64,000 nt of DNA from Pseudothermotoga sp. (GCA_031962025.1 JAVRKW010000002.1); one strand, 5' to 3'. Numbered from the stretch's first letter, positions 1 through 10,991 are shown. Numbers and translations are program-made. The notes: generated from the sequence alone by a model not told the origin.

Positions 1-645
1 GCTCATTACATTTTTCTTGTGTATCTACTCAAATCGACATTTTCCATCAAAGGACTTTTTGACCACGTTAAGAGATGCTACACCGATAACGAAGAAGAAT
101 TGAGAAAATCGGTATCGATGATCGTCAGCAGAAATACAAGCGAACTCGACAAACCCCATCTTTATTCAGCAGCTATTGAAAGCCTGGCAGAAAATATATC
201 AGATAGCATCACTGGCCCGTTATTCTACTATGTTTTATTTGGCTTGATCGGAGCATTCATTTACCGTATAGTCAACACGTACGACGCACTCTTTGGTTAC
301 AGAAACGAAAGATACGAATGGTTTGGAAAATTCTGTGCGAGATTTGATGATCTGTTGAATTACATTCCCGCTCGATTGACAGCACTTTTTATTCTGCTGT
401 TTAACCCAAAAGGTGCTCTCAAATATTTGAAAAAATACAGAAAAATAAAGATAAATGCCACATATCCAATGAGTGCATTTGCAGGTGTACTGTCAATTGG
501 ACTGGAAAAAATGGGATACTACAAATTTGATGGACCACTTCCGGTGAAAGAAGATGTTAAAACAGCGTTGAAGTTATACAGAAAAGTTGTTTTTATCATC
601 GTTGTCGTCTCAATTATTCTCAGTGAGGTGCTGAAAATTGGATGA
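1..645 (+). CDS. cbiB: Adenosylcobinamide-phosphate synthase CbiB, 5' end outside window
   Basis: Frame open from base 1. Family motifs IVSRNT, AAIESLAENISD, YRIVNTYDALFGY and DDLLNYIPARL. Next to cobD-like and cbiP genes. Confidence 0.9.
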   Translation, partial: AHYIFLVYLLKSTFSIKGLFDHVKRCYTDNEEELRKSVSMIVSRNTSELDKPHLYSAAIESLAENISDSITGPLFYYVLFGLIGAFIYRIVNTYDALFGYRNERYEWFGKFCARFDDLLNYIPARLTALFILLFNPKGALKYLKKYRKIKINATYPMSAFAGVLSIGLEKMGYYKFDGPLPVKEDVKTALKLYRKVVFIIVVVSIILSEVLKIG

Positions 646-1666
646 AATCAACAGAGTTTTTCATGGTGGTATCAAAGACAGCAGCTTTACAGACTTTTCT
701 ATATCAGTGAACCCTATAAGTCCACCATTTGTGGACAAACTCTTTTCCAAACAGGCGATGAAAGTGAACCAGAGATATACTTACATCGAGTGGATTGAAG
801 ATAGTTTCAGACAAAGATACGGAGAGGACACTGTGGTTTTAGCCGGTGCAACAGAGGCATTCCAGATCATCGGGTTCACCCTGATGAAAGATTCAGAAGT
901 TGTCATACCAAAACCAAATTACGGTGAATACAGTAGAGTAGCGCATTTTTCGGCAGAAAAGACGCATTTTGTGGATATTCTGGACATCGATGGAAAAAGG
1001 TTAGATTACTCCAGATTGTTTGAGTACATTCAAAAGGAAAATAAAAAAAGTCGAAAGATAACGGTGATATTCTCAAATCCGAACAACCCCACCGGGTACT
1101 TTGAATCTGATCTTATAAATTACATAAAATCTTTTCAGGCATTTGAGAACATTTTATTCATCGTCGATGAGGTTTTCTTGGATTTCTTGCCAGAAGAAGA
1201 AAGAACAGATTTGAGCTTTCTTGAAAATGTCATCTGCGTCAGGACATTCACAAAGTTCTATGGTCTTCCCGGTATTCGCGTTGGTTATGTCAAAACCACC
1301 AGATACAGAAAACTCTTTGAAACTTTTCGTGCACCGTGGGCAACAGGTGGGTGTGGTTATCTTTTTTTGAAACTGCTGCTGCAGGAAAGCAGTGAAAACC
1401 TCAAGTTATTTGAAAAAAGAACTATTGAATTCATCAAAACAGAAAGGCAAAAGTTTCAAAGATACATCTACTTTCCATCAAAAACGAATTATTTCACAGT
1501 TAAAATACCAGACTTGGACGAATTCATGGATAAATTGCACAGGAACAAAATACACATAAGAACACTGCACGATATGGGAATGCCGCAATTTGTAAGAATA
1601 GGGATAAAAGATCAAAAGTCAAACGAAAAGCTACTCAAAATTATGGGTGAGGTGCTGAATGCTTAG
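638..1666 (+). CDS. cobD: PLP-dependent class I/II aminotransferase-fold protein, likely L-threonine-O-3-phosphate decarboxylase
   Basis: HGG N-terminus, DFSISVNP, NPNNPTG, VDEVF and PLP-lysine motif RTFTKFYGLPGIRVGY. Lies between cbiB and cbiP. Confidence 0.75.
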   Translation: MDEINRVFHGGIKDSSFTDFSISVNPISPPFVDKLFSKQAMKVNQRYTYIEWIEDSFRQRYGEDTVVLAGATEAFQIIGFTLMKDSEVVIPKPNYGEYSRVAHFSAEKTHFVDILDIDGKRLDYSRLFEYIQKENKKSRKITVIFSNPNNPTGYFESDLINYIKSFQAFENILFIVDEVFLDFLPEEERTDLSFLENVICVRTFTKFYGLPGIRVGYVKTTRYRKLFETFRAPWATGGCGYLFLKLLLQESSENLKLFEKRTIEFIKTERQKFQRYIYFPSKTNYFTVKIPDLDEFMDKLHRNKIHIRTLHDMGMPQFVRIGIKDQKSNEKLLKIMGEVLNA

Positions 1667-3158
1667 CAAAACCCTTATGGTAGTTGGCACGATGTCATCT
1701 GTTGGGAAAAGTTTTTTAGTTACCGGTCTGTGCAGGATATTTGCAAAAAAAGGTGTTAAAGTTGCTCCGTTCAAAGCCCAAAACATGTCAAACAACGCGG
1801 CAGTTTGCAAAAATGGTGGAGAAATCGCAAGAGCACAGTATTTACAGGCACTTGCGTGCAAAACAGAACCACTGGTGGAAATGAATCCCGTTTTGTTAAA
1901 ACCAGAGAAAGACTCAAGATCTCAAATAGTTGTTCTTGGAAAGGTATGGAACAGTTTAGAAGCTAAAAACTACTACCAGAAAAAACAGGAGCTATGGAAT
2001 GTGGTTAGAGACTCTCTTGATTTTCTCAGAAAAAGGTACGATCTAATCATCATTGAAGGAGCAGGAAGCCCTGTTGAACTCAATTTGAAACAAAACGACA
2101 TCGTGAACATGGCGGTTGCAAAGTACGTGAATGCACCAACACTGCTCGTCGGTGATATTGACAGAGGCGGAATTTTTGCACAACTACTTGGAACTTACTG
2201 GCTTTTGGAAGAAGATGAAAGAAAACTTGTAAAAGGTTTTGTGGTGAACAAATTCAGAGGCGATATAGAGCTTTTCAAAGACGGGATCACAATACTTGAA
2301 AACAGATCCAAGGTCCCCGTCCTGGGAGTGATACCCTATCTGAAAGACCTTCTGCTTCCAGAAGAAGATGGAGCCATAATCGATGAGATAGCCAAAAACA
2401 GCGAATTTAAAAAAGACCAGATAGATATATGCGTCATTGCCTACCCACATATATCGAATTTCGATGACTTTGATGCACTGAAAATGGAAAGTGGAGTGAA
2501 AGTGAGATTCATAAGATCAATCGAAAACTTCAAAAACCCCGACGTGGTTGTACTTCCAGGTACTAAAAGTACTATCCTGGACCTTCTCTGGATGAGACAG
2601 ACGGGTTTTGACAAACTGGTACTGGACTACGCCAGTAGTGGAGGAAAAGTAGTTGGTATCTGTGGCGGATATCAGATGCTTGGAAAGAAAATCTACGATG
2701 AACTTCACACAGAAAGCGATATTGACCAGGTAGATGGACTTGGATTGCTCGATACAGTGACGCATTTTAAAAAGCAAAAGAGTACATTTCAAATAAAAGC
2801 AAAAGTCTTAAACTCTGAATTAGAACTCAAGGTAGAAGAGATCCTGATTGGCTATGAGATCCACTCTGGCATCACCGAAGTTTTGAACGGTAGCTATCTG
2901 TTCCAGATAATACAGAGAAATCTTGAGCCGGTTTTCATTTTAGATGGCACCATGAACCAGAAAGGCAATGTCTGGGGCACATATATACACGGAATTTTCA
3001 ACAACGATGCATTCAGGAGAAACTGGCTGAAAACCCTTGGATGGAAGCACAGTTCAGAAATAGAATATGAAAAGACGATTGAAAATTCCATAGAAAAACT
3101 GGCTGATGTGATACAAAAAAGCATCGATATGGATAAATTGATCAAAATGATTCAGTGA
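1659..3158 (+). CDS. cbiP: Cobyric acid synthase CbiP/CobQ
   Basis: GTMSSVGKS, PFKAQNMSNN, EGAGSP, DIDRGG, glutaminase motif GICGGYQM, GYEIH, GTYIHG. Confidence 0.95.
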   Translation: MLSKTLMVVGTMSSVGKSFLVTGLCRIFAKKGVKVAPFKAQNMSNNAAVCKNGGEIARAQYLQALACKTEPLVEMNPVLLKPEKDSRSQIVVLGKVWNSLEAKNYYQKKQELWNVVRDSLDFLRKRYDLIIIEGAGSPVELNLKQNDIVNMAVAKYVNAPTLLVGDIDRGGIFAQLLGTYWLLEEDERKLVKGFVVNKFRGDIELFKDGITILENRSKVPVLGVIPYLKDLLLPEEDGAIIDEIAKNSEFKKDQIDICVIAYPHISNFDDFDALKMESGVKVRFIRSIENFKNPDVVVLPGTKSTILDLLWMRQTGFDKLVLDYASSGGKVVGICGGYQMLGKKIYDELHTESDIDQVDGLGLLDTVTHFKKQKSTFQIKAKVLNSELELKVEEILIGYEIHSGITEVLNGSYLFQIIQRNLEPVFILDGTMNQKGNVWGTYIHGIFNNDAFRRNWLKTLGWKHSSEIEYEKTIENSIEKLADVIQKSIDMDKLIKMIQ

Positions 3159-3188
3159 AATTGTGTATAATTTTTATGAGGTGTACAC

Positions 3189-4118
3189 ATGTTTGACAAA
3201 TACAACCGCAGGATAGATTATCTGAGATTTTCCATAACTGACAGGTGCAACCATCGATGCTTTTACTGCATGACACCAGATACTAAATTCCTGCCATATG
3301 ATAGCTTGATGACAATAGATGAAATAAAGATCTTGGCAGATGTGTTCTGTGATCTTGGTATAAAACAAGTTCGAATAACAGGAGGAGAACCGCTACTCAG
3401 AGAAGACGTGGTTGGTATAACAAAAAAACTGTCAGAATACTTTCGAGTTTCAATGACCACAAACGGTAGCAAACTCAAAGAATTTGCAAAACCACTCAAA
3501 GAAGCAGGATTGGTTTCGGTGAATGTGAGTCTCAACAGTCTGAACCAAGATCGATTTTACCTAATCACAAAAAGTCATCTAAAACCCGTTCTTGAAGGGA
3601 TAGATGCCGCGATAGAATGCGGATTATTTGTGAAGATAAACACAGTTGTCAATCAGATGAATATGGACGAACTGTGCGATCTGGTTGATTTTTCAACCAA
3701 AAAAGGTATTCCCATAAGATTCATCGAGCTGATGCCCGTGGGAAAACAAAATAAAACTATTTTTGAAGATCAGATACTCGAAAAACTCTCAGACTTTGAC
3801 CTAAAGCCTGTACAGATTAAACTCGGCGTAGGACCTGCAAGATATTTCATCACAAAATACGGTAGCTATGTGGGAATAATATCTGCTTTGAGCAAATCTT
3901 TCTGTGAAAACTGCAACAAATTGAGACTTTCCTGTGACGGAAAACTCTATCCGTGTTTGGGATCGACCTATCATGTAGACCTTCTGAAAGCCATCAGATC
4001 TGGATTTTCAACTGAACAGGTTGCCGATATGATCAAAGCCGCTGTGGATAAAAAGCCTTTCAGTCATCACATGAAAGATTCACAGGTGAATAACCAGATG
4101 AACAAACTGGGGGGATGA
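3189..4118 (+). CDS. moaA: GTP 3',8-cyclase (radical SAM)
   Basis: [23 protein letters not shown]-terminal [10 protein letters not shown]...C cluster and terminal GG. Confidence 0.95.
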   Translation: MFDKYNRRIDYLRFSITDRCNHRCFYCMTPDTKFLPYDSLMTIDEIKILADVFCDLGIKQVRITGGEPLLREDVVGITKKLSEYFRVSMTTNGSKLKEFAKPLKEAGLVSVNVSLNSLNQDRFYLITKSHLKPVLEGIDAAIECGLFVKINTVVNQMNMDELCDLVDFSTKKGIPIRFIELMPVGKQNKTIFEDQILEKLSDFDLKPVQIKLGVGPARYFITKYGSYVGIISALSKSFCENCNKLRLSCDGKLYPCLGSTYHVDLLKAIRSGFSTEQVADMIKAAVDKKPFSHHMKDSQVNNQMNKLGG

Positions 4119-4600
4119 AAATGAGCCAGAAATTGACTCATATAGACGAAGATGGAAATCTTCACATGGTCGATATAACCGGCAAAAACGACACAGAAAG
4201 AACCGCTGTAGCACACGGTCTGATAAAAATGGATGGTAAAACTCTAAAAGCCATAAGCTCTGGAAACGTGAAAAAAGGCGATGTTCTTACTGCGGCAAAG
4301 ATCGCAGGCATAATGGCTGCTAAAAAAACATCCGAGCTGATTCCCCTTTGCCACAATATAAACTTAACCAGTGTAGATATGCAATTCAAAGTAAACCATC
4401 AAAAGTCTCTAATAGAGATAGTTTCAACTGTCAAGTGCGTTGGAAAAACCGGTGCAGAGATGGAAGCGCTCACCGCTGTGATTGTTGCGGCATTGACGAT
4501 ATACGATATGTGTAAAGCCATGGACAGAAGTATGGTCATAGAACAAATATACCTTGTAGAAAAATCAGGAGGTAAATCCGGTGTCTGGAAAAGAGAATAG
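4115..4600 (+). CDS. moaC: Cyclic pyranopterin monophosphate synthase
   Basis: [37 protein letters not shown]. Confidence 0.95.
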   Translation: MKMSQKLTHIDEDGNLHMVDITGKNDTERTAVAHGLIKMDGKTLKAISSGNVKKGDVLTAAKIAGIMAAKKTSELIPLCHNINLTSVDMQFKVNHQKSLIEIVSTVKCVGKTGAEMEALTAVIVAALTIYDMCKAMDRSMVIEQIYLVEKSGGKSGVWKRE

Positions 4601-5039
4601 ATTAGAAGCAAAAGTTGTTTCGGTGAATATTTCAGAAACAAAAGGCGTGAAAAAAACACCTGTAAAAGAAATCGAGTTGATCGAAAATTACGGTGTTAAA
4701 AAAGATGCCCATGCCGGAAACTGGTACAGACAGGTGTCGATGCTTTCCACGATCAGTATAGAGAAAGCAAGAAAATGGGGTATAGATGCTGGTTTTGGAG
4801 ATTTTGCAGAAAACATCACAGTAGAAGGCATAGAGTTGTGGAAACTTCCTGTTGGTACCAGAGTATTTGGAAAAGACGTAGAGCTTGTGGTGACCCAGAT
4901 AGGTAAAGAGTGCCACGACGGTTGTGCCATAGCAAAGGCAACAGGAAAATGCGTTATGCCAAAAGAAGGCATATTTTTGAAAGTCATAAAAGGGGGAAAA
5001 ATAAAAGCCGGTGACACTCTTATCTTTGTCATTCCATAG
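4581..5039 (+). CDS. Stand-alone MOSC-domain protein
   Basis: DAHAG..RQVS, GDFAENI, [19 protein letters not shown] before the GTG start. Confidence 0.85.
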   Translation: MSGKENRLEAKVVSVNISETKGVKKTPVKEIELIENYGVKKDAHAGNWYRQVSMLSTISIEKARKWGIDAGFGDFAENITVEGIELWKLPVGTRVFGKDVELVVTQIGKECHDGCAIAKATGKCVMPKEGIFLKVIKGGKIKAGDTLIFVIP

Positions 5040-5053
5040 GAAGTGATCTGATC

Positions 5054-5959
5054 TTGAAAACTACCTCAAAAAAATACAGATTGTTTTTCAAATACATATT
5101 GATATCTTTTGCCTTTTTTCTTGTGTTTTTCAATCTCAACCTGTTCTTTTTGATCGTTTTTATAACAAACATACCCCTGATCAGAAAATCGATCTTTGGA
5201 AAGTTAGCGCTCGATACAAAAAAACCCCCCTGGTCCAAGGTTGAAACATACCAGTACACACCAAAAAGATTTCTCGACGTATTCTACCCGAAAGGTGAAA
5301 AAATAAAGGGTGTAGTGGTCTTTGCCCACGGCGGTGGATGGATCAGTGGTTATAGAAGACAGCCCAATAACATGTCTTGGTACAGATTTCTGGTATCGCA
5401 GGGTTTCATAGTAGCAGCAATAGGATACAGTAGAGGCTATATTCAGCAGATAGAAAAATTAGTCGAAGAGCTGACCGACGCGATATTGTTTTTGAAAAAA
5501 AAGATTCATGGTCCCGAATTTTGTCTGATGGGTTTATCTGCAGGTGGACACCTTGCGCTTTTGACTGGTTTGAGACATTTCAATCTTGTTGATAAAATAG
5601 TAGCATACTACACACCGTGCGATCTTGCGGATATCTGGGAATCTGAATCAATCTTCGCACGTTTTTCTTTAATGGCAACGATCAAAAGATTGCCAAGTAG
5701 ATCCAAAGAAATCTATGAAAAATATTCTCCGGTGAATTATGTAACATCAACATGTCCCAAAATCCTTTTAGTTCACGGAATGAAAGACTCGGTGGTTCCA
5801 TACACCAGTTCTGTGAAAATGTTCAAAAAACTCAGAGAAAACGGATGCACAGCAAAATTACTGCTGCATCCCAAGGCTGATCATGGTTTTGAATTCGTGC
5901 TGAAAGACCACAGAACAATAGAAATACTGAAAAAAACCATTGAATTTTTGATGATCTGA
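5054..5959 (+). CDS. Alpha/beta hydrolase (HGGG-type esterase/lipase) with N-terminal membrane anchor
   Basis: HGGG oxyanion motif, GLSAGG nucleophile elbow, HGxxD and HGF catalytic residues, hydrophobic N-terminus. Confidence 0.85.
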   Translation: MKTTSKKYRLFFKYILISFAFFLVFFNLNLFFLIVFITNIPLIRKSIFGKLALDTKKPPWSKVETYQYTPKRFLDVFYPKGEKIKGVVVFAHGGGWISGYRRQPNNMSWYRFLVSQGFIVAAIGYSRGYIQQIEKLVEELTDAILFLKKKIHGPEFCLMGLSAGGHLALLTGLRHFNLVDKIVAYYTPCDLADIWESESIFARFSLMATIKRLPSRSKEIYEKYSPVNYVTSTCPKILLVHGMKDSVVPYTSSVKMFKKLRENGCTAKLLLHPKADHGFEFVLKDHRTIEILKKTIEFLMI

Positions 5960-5963
5960 GCCT

Positions 5964-6809
5964 TCAAGACTTTTGGTCGCTGTTGAGCAGTTTTATCTTG
6001 TGTTTTACCATCTCGGTTACAGCAACAGATGCTTGCTGAAGTAACTTGATCTGGTCTTTGAGCTGCGGTTGTTCCTGCAGTATCTTTCGAATCTCATCAA
6101 CATAAACTGTTTTCAATACAGTGCCGATATTTATCTTTCCAAATCTCATCCTGCTGATTCTTGTGAGATCTTCATCGGGTACACCGCTTGATCCATGCAG
6201 AACCAAAGGTACATCTACAACCTTCTGTATCTGCTCGACCCGCTCAAAGTTTATCTGTGCCTCCTGTTTTTGCATCGCGTGAGCGGTACCCACAGCTACT
6301 GCGAGTGCATCAACCTGTGTCTGTTCAAAGAAAGCTCTGGCAATCTCTGGTTCTGTTAAAATCTGGTCAAGCTGTTCGCCTTCTTCTGATTTTCCGACTC
6401 TGCCTATTTCTGCTTCGACCGATACACCAAAAGACCTTGCAACCTTCACAACAAATTTCGTGTTCTGAACATTTTCCTCAAAGCTCAAAATCGATCCATC
6501 ATACATGACAGAAGTAAAGCCGGCTTTCATTGCTTTAAAAATGATGTCCAGATCTGTTGCGTGATCCAAGTGCGATACAACAGGTATCTTTGCGTTTTCG
6601 GCAAGTTCATTCATAATACAAGCCGCAACTTTCACACCTAAGTGTTTGATTGCACTGGGTGAAGCCATCAGTATAACGGGCGATCTCATTTGCTCAGCAC
6701 CTTTGACAATTGCTACCGCATCCTCGTATGTGTGAATGTTAAAGGCTGGCACTGCATAATCTGATTTGTAAGCTTTTTGGACAAGTTCCTTCAATGTAAC
6801 CAGTGGCAT
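5964..6809 (-). CDS. Class II ketose-bisphosphate aldolase (fructose/tagatose-bisphosphate aldolase family)
   Basis: AVPAFN, HLDH, SVMYDGS, VEAEIG, GTAH, LVLHGSSG, KINIGT. Confidence 0.9.
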   Translation of the reverse strand: MPLVTLKELVQKAYKSDYAVPAFNIHTYEDAVAIVKGAEQMRSPVILMASPSAIKHLGVKVAACIMNELAENAKIPVVSHLDHATDLDIIFKAMKAGFTSVMYDGSILSFEENVQNTKFVVKVARSFGVSVEAEIGRVGKSEEGEQLDQILTEPEIARAFFEQTQVDALAVAVGTAHAMQKQEAQINFERVEQIQKVVDVPLVLHGSSGVPDEDLTRISRMRFGKINIGTVLKTVYVDEIRKILQEQPQLKDQIKLLQQASVAVTEMVKHKIKLLNSDQKS

Positions 6810-6821
6810 CTGAAATCCTCC

Positions 6822-8246
6822 TCATCTCAAGAGTCTGCTGTAACCTTCCTTCATTTTTTCATAGAGTTGATCCATTTGCTTACACATCTCAGGATCAGGA
6901 GTTACTCTCTGAAAAACCACGTTTTTCTTCAAAGAATCGAGTACTTGTTCATCCTGTGAACCCTTAATCGCCGATATTGCCGCTCCAAGCGCGGTTAGCT
7001 CAGTTGTATTCAGATAGTAAAGATCTCTGCACAGCATAGAGGCTTTATATTTCATGAAAAGATCGTTGCTGATCAAGGCTCCACCGACGATTACGGGAAG
7101 CTCTCCAACATACCTGTTGAGATTTTCTATGGTTATTCTGCTGGTGTAACATAGATACTGATAAACAGCCTGAAGGATCTCTTCTTGTGTACAATCAACG
7201 GGAATCTCAGCGAAATTGATACCCTGGCAACTTTCGCCAACTATATTGTCACCGTTGCTGTAAATGTAGAAATTCGTTTTCTGAGGCATTGTTTTGATTT
7301 TTTCGTTTATGACCCTGAATCTCTTAGACGAAACTGTCATACCAAAGGTTCTCAGGACCAACTCGATCAACTTCCCATGGTATCTGACACCGGAGGCAAG
7401 ATAATACTGACCATCTTTGAAACCTATCCCGACAAGACCACCGTTTTTCATGAAAGGTTCTTTCATGTGCATATTTTCGTCTTTTTCATGGGATATGGCT
7501 GTTATCAGAGAAGCTGTTCCCATTGAATCATATATCAGCTCACTTCCATACAATGAAACCAAACCAAAGGTTCCTGTCAGATGATCGTGACCAGCTAAGA
7601 ATACAGGTACCTTGCCATAATAACCAACAAAACTGCCCGTGTAATCCAATCTCCCCAACTGGTCTTCCAGTATTTCAAAATGACTGATTAAATTTCTGTT
7701 CCAGCATCTTTTGTGTACATCAACCATATGACTTCGACAGGCTTGAGTCATATCCCAAACGGCATTTGCTGTTAATCTGTACAGGATATAAGAACACACT
7801 GGAAGCCATTTTTCCACCTGATCTGGCTTGACAATGCCATTTTCGTACATGTAGAGTATTTTGTACAGCGAAAAATAATATATGTCCCTTGAGCCAGAAA
7901 TTTCATAAGGTGCAAGCTCAGCAACGAGTTTTTCGTATTTTTGCTGAATTGTTTTTGTACATGTATCGTACCAGACTATTGGATCATGCAACTTTTTACC
8001 TTTCGAAACTGGTACGACCGATTCCCCAAAACTCGTGCAGCTCAAGCCGGCTATGCTGTACTCCTCTTGCAACTGAGAAATAGCCTTCTTAAGACTGTAT
8101 TCAAGCTTATCAAGGTCAAAGTATTCAACATCATTCAACGTTTTCTTTGGTGTTTTAACCTTTATGATTTTCTCTATGCCGTTTTCACCAACCGCTATGA
8201 TCTTCGTATTCGTCGTCCCAAGATCTATACCGATATATACTCTCAT
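6822..8246 (-). CDS. FGGY-family carbohydrate kinase
   Basis: GIDLGTTNTK, FGESVV, WYD, GHDH, SMGTA, ELTALGAA. Start set at ATG 8246 (GGAGG RBS, overlaps pfkB stop). Confidence 0.85.
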   Translation of the reverse strand: MRVYIGIDLGTTNTKIIAVGENGIEKIIKVKTPKKTLNDVEYFDLDKLEYSLKKAISQLQEEYSIAGLSCTSFGESVVPVSKGKKLHDPIVWYDTCTKTIQQKYEKLVAELAPYEISGSRDIYYFSLYKILYMYENGIVKPDQVEKWLPVCSYILYRLTANAVWDMTQACRSHMVDVHKRCWNRNLISHFEILEDQLGRLDYTGSFVGYYGKVPVFLAGHDHLTGTFGLVSLYGSELIYDSMGTASLITAISHEKDENMHMKEPFMKNGGLVGIGFKDGQYYLASGVRYHGKLIELVLRTFGMTVSSKRFRVINEKIKTMPQKTNFYIYSNGDNIVGESCQGINFAEIPVDCTQEEILQAVYQYLCYTSRITIENLNRYVGELPVIVGGALISNDLFMKYKASMLCRDLYYLNTTELTALGAAISAIKGSQDEQVLDSLKKNVVFQRVTPDPEMCKQMDQLYEKMKEGYSRLLR

Positions 8247-9187
8247 AACTTTTCCTCCACAATATCCACATTTGAAAGCTGACTTTCCAGATCTTTCAAA
8301 TCGAAAATCGCAGCACCGTACTTGAGGGTATTTGCCGTGCCACAAGCCGTTGCGAAGGCAAGTTTTTGTTGAATAGGTTTGTTCAAAGACTCAAAGTAGA
8401 GATAACCTGCGAAAAATGAATCTCCTGAGCCTACTGAATAATCTGAATGGACAGTTCTGGGTCTTGCGCGAATGATTCTATCATCCGCGAGTGTCACAGA
8501 TCCATCTTTGCCGTATGTTACACACAGTACTTTTATTCTGTAATTGTTCTTGATATGCCACAGCTCTTTAATATTCAGCTCCTGAAGGTCCAAGGCAATT
8601 TTCAACTCATCGGCATTTACCTTTACCATATCAGGCTCAAAATTCAAAAGCTCTTTCAGCCAATCTCCAGATATATCTATCATCAACCTACAGGAATTTT
8701 CCCTGGCAAGTTGTGCTATTTTCGACATATCTTTACTTCCAAAACCCCTTGGTGCACTTCCAGAGATCACCAGTGTGCTGTTTTTCTTTAAAACAGATGA
8801 GAAAAACTCAAAAAATTTTTCTACTTCGTCTTTTTGCATGACTGGACCAGGTTCGTTGATCATGAGCATCCTCTTTTCATACTCATAAACAACAGCTGTA
8901 TTTATTCTGTTTTCATCTTTAATCCAGAATTCCAGAGTCTTAATACCATCTTCTTCACATTTTGCGTGGATGATCTTTCCCACATCACCCCCAAGAATAT
9001 TTATGCAAATATAATCCTCAAAACCAAGTGTGTTAAAAACTCTTGCTATATTCAACCCTTTTCCGTCTACGAGTTTTACGACACGCTCTCCTCTCAACAC
9101 ATTTGGAGTTCTCGGTGGTTTTGAAATAATCACCCAGTGATCATAACATGGATTCAGGTTCAGTATTTGAATGCTCAAGGTTAACAC
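8243..9187 (-). CDS. PfkB-family kinase, 1-phosphofructokinase/tagatose-6-phosphate kinase-like
   Basis: NLNPCYD, GKGLNIAR, INEPGP, ISGSAP, KVNADE, VGSGDSFFAG. Confidence 0.88.
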   Translation of the reverse strand: MLTLSIQILNLNPCYDHWVIISKPPRTPNVLRGERVVKLVDGKGLNIARVFNTLGFEDYICINILGGDVGKIIHAKCEEDGIKTLEFWIKDENRINTAVVYEYEKRMLMINEPGPVMQKDEVEKFFEFFSSVLKKNSTLVISGSAPRGFGSKDMSKIAQLARENSCRLMIDISGDWLKELLNFEPDMVKVNADELKIALDLQELNIKELWHIKNNYRIKVLCVTYGKDGSVTLADDRIIRARPRTVHSDYSVGSGDSFFAGYLYFESLNKPIQQKLAFATACGTANTLKYGAAIFDLKDLESQLSNVDIVEEKL

Positions 9188-10155
9188 TACCTCCAGTTCT
9201 TTTCGGATACGTATTCGATGATATTTCTCGCGGTATTTGTATCCGTTATCAACAAATCTACTAGATTCCCTCTCAACAGACCGACGATGCTTTCTATCTT
9301 GTGAAAACCTCCGGCAACGACTATTCTGTGTTTGGCTTTCAGATACTGTTCCATCGTTATGTTGTTGACCTTTTTCATGAAATCAAGGTCATGTATCCTA
9401 CCATTGATATCAAAATAATGTGTTAAGATATCACCAACTATGCCGAGCTTTTCAAGTCTGTCGAGAACTGAACCATCGAAGACATTTTGGCGGAACAAAG
9501 GTGAACGAGAAATGGAATATCCAACACTGCAGATCACAATGTCCAGATTATCCCAGATCGAGTTTATATATCTGAATTCTTCGGTCTTCTGTAGTTGCCC
9601 TCTTTGTTCCTGATTATCCATCAAAAATGGAAAATAGACCGGAATCATTCTCGCGCCCAATCTATCTGCAAAGTTCTGGGCTATGAAATTGGAATCGAAA
9701 TGCTTGTCTGACAACTTGAAAGTTCCACCAGAGAGAGGTAATACATTCCACTTCGGTTTTTCAGTTCTAAAATCAGATGTTGCCAGTGTGAACATCGTTG
9801 TACCCCAGCCTATGCCGATGTTCATTGAATCGTTTGGCAGATCAGATAAGTACTCCCAGGCTTTTCTTGCGAGTGATTGTAAAAGCAGTTGATTGTTCGT
9901 GTGCCCTGTTGCAAGCAAAAGCTTTTTCAAACCAAATTTCTGCTTGAACAACAAATCATACTCTGATTCCAGTTTCTGTGGAACCTTTGGTGGTACCACT
10001 TCAATGCGTACGATCTTTCTCTCAACAGCCATCTTAAGGTATTTACTCACCTGAACTCTGGATACACCGAGCTTTTTTGCTATATCCTTTTGCAACACAT
10101 TTTTGATGTAATAATCGTATGCCACCTCAAACAACAAATCATCGCTGATTGTCAT
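9187..10155 (-). CDS. SorC-family sugar-binding transcriptional regulator
   Basis: N-terminal YY..Q.DIAKKLGVSRVQVSKYL HTH; sugar-binding domain GIGWGTT, VGDI, LITD. Confidence 0.88.
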   Translation of the reverse strand: MTISDDLLFEVAYDYYIKNVLQKDIAKKLGVSRVQVSKYLKMAVERKIVRIEVVPPKVPQKLESEYDLLFKQKFGLKKLLLATGHTNNQLLLQSLARKAWEYLSDLPNDSMNIGIGWGTTMFTLATSDFRTEKPKWNVLPLSGGTFKLSDKHFDSNFIAQNFADRLGARMIPVYFPFLMDNQEQRGQLQKTEEFRYINSIWDNLDIVICSVGYSISRSPLFRQNVFDGSVLDRLEKLGIVGDILTHYFDINGRIHDLDFMKKVNNITMEQYLKAKHRIVVAGGFHKIESIVGLLRGNLVDLLITDTNTARNIIEYVSEKNWR

Positions 10156-10991
10156 TCCTTCACCGCCCCGCTCACCAGACCAGAGATGAAATATCTCTGA
10201 AGCAATATGAACACGACTAATGGAGGTAATGTGGCAAAAACAGAACCTGCAAACAATGGACCCCAGCGAGTTTGATACTGCCCAACGAAGACGGAGAGAA
10301 AAGTCGGTATTGTTTGAAGACTCTTGCTCGTCAACAGCGACATTGAATAGAGTAACTCACTCCATGCAAACAAAAACGCATAGACACCCACTGCGGCTAT
10401 GCCAGGCAATGTTACGGGGAAAATCACCTTAAAAAATGCCTTTGTTCTGGTACAGCCATCTATCAATGCCGCCTCTTCAAGTGACTTAGGCACGGATAAG
10501 AAAAAACTCCTCAAAAAAACAATTGTTATAGGTGTCGTGAATGGAATATAAGCTAAAATAAGGCCAATATGTGTATCGAGCAGCTTTATCCAGTCAAGAA
10601 ACCTGAATATAGGTACTAAGAAAACAACCATGGGAAACATCTGAAAGATCAAAACACTGACCATCAGTTCACTTTTCCACCTGAACGAGTACCGTGAAAA
10701 AGCATAGGCAGGGAATATACCTATCAAAAGTGAAAAAACCATCGTTCCAACACCAACTACTACACTGTTTAGAAAGTAGTTTTTAAAATCCAGACTCGAT
10801 ATCTTTTGATAATGTTCAAGTGTCCAGCTCTTTGGCAGGTATATTATAGGATAACTGTATATTTCTTGATAAGTCTTGAAAGAGGTCAAAACGAGCCATA
10901 TGAAAGGAAATGCTATGACAAGCGATATGAAAGTCAAAAGGATATATGACACAAATTTCATCGTTTTTTTCTTAGTGCTCCTTTTCATCAC
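10152..10991 (-). CDS. Carbohydrate ABC transporter permease (MalG-like)
   Basis: EAA motif LEEAALIDG, transmembrane segments, C-terminal GAVKE. Confidence 0.9.
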   Translation of the reverse strand: MMKRSTKKKTMKFVSYILLTFISLVIAFPFIWLVLTSFKTYQEIYSYPIIYLPKSWTLEHYQKISSLDFKNYFLNSVVVGVGTMVFSLLIGIFPAYAFSRYSFRWKSELMVSVLIFQMFPMVVFLVPIFRFLDWIKLLDTHIGLILAYIPFTTPITIVFLRSFFLSVPKSLEEAALIDGCTRTKAFFKVIFPVTLPGIAAVGVYAFLFAWSELLYSMSLLTSKSLQTIPTFLSVFVGQYQTRWGPLFAGSVFATLPPLVVFILLQRYFISGLVSGAVKE

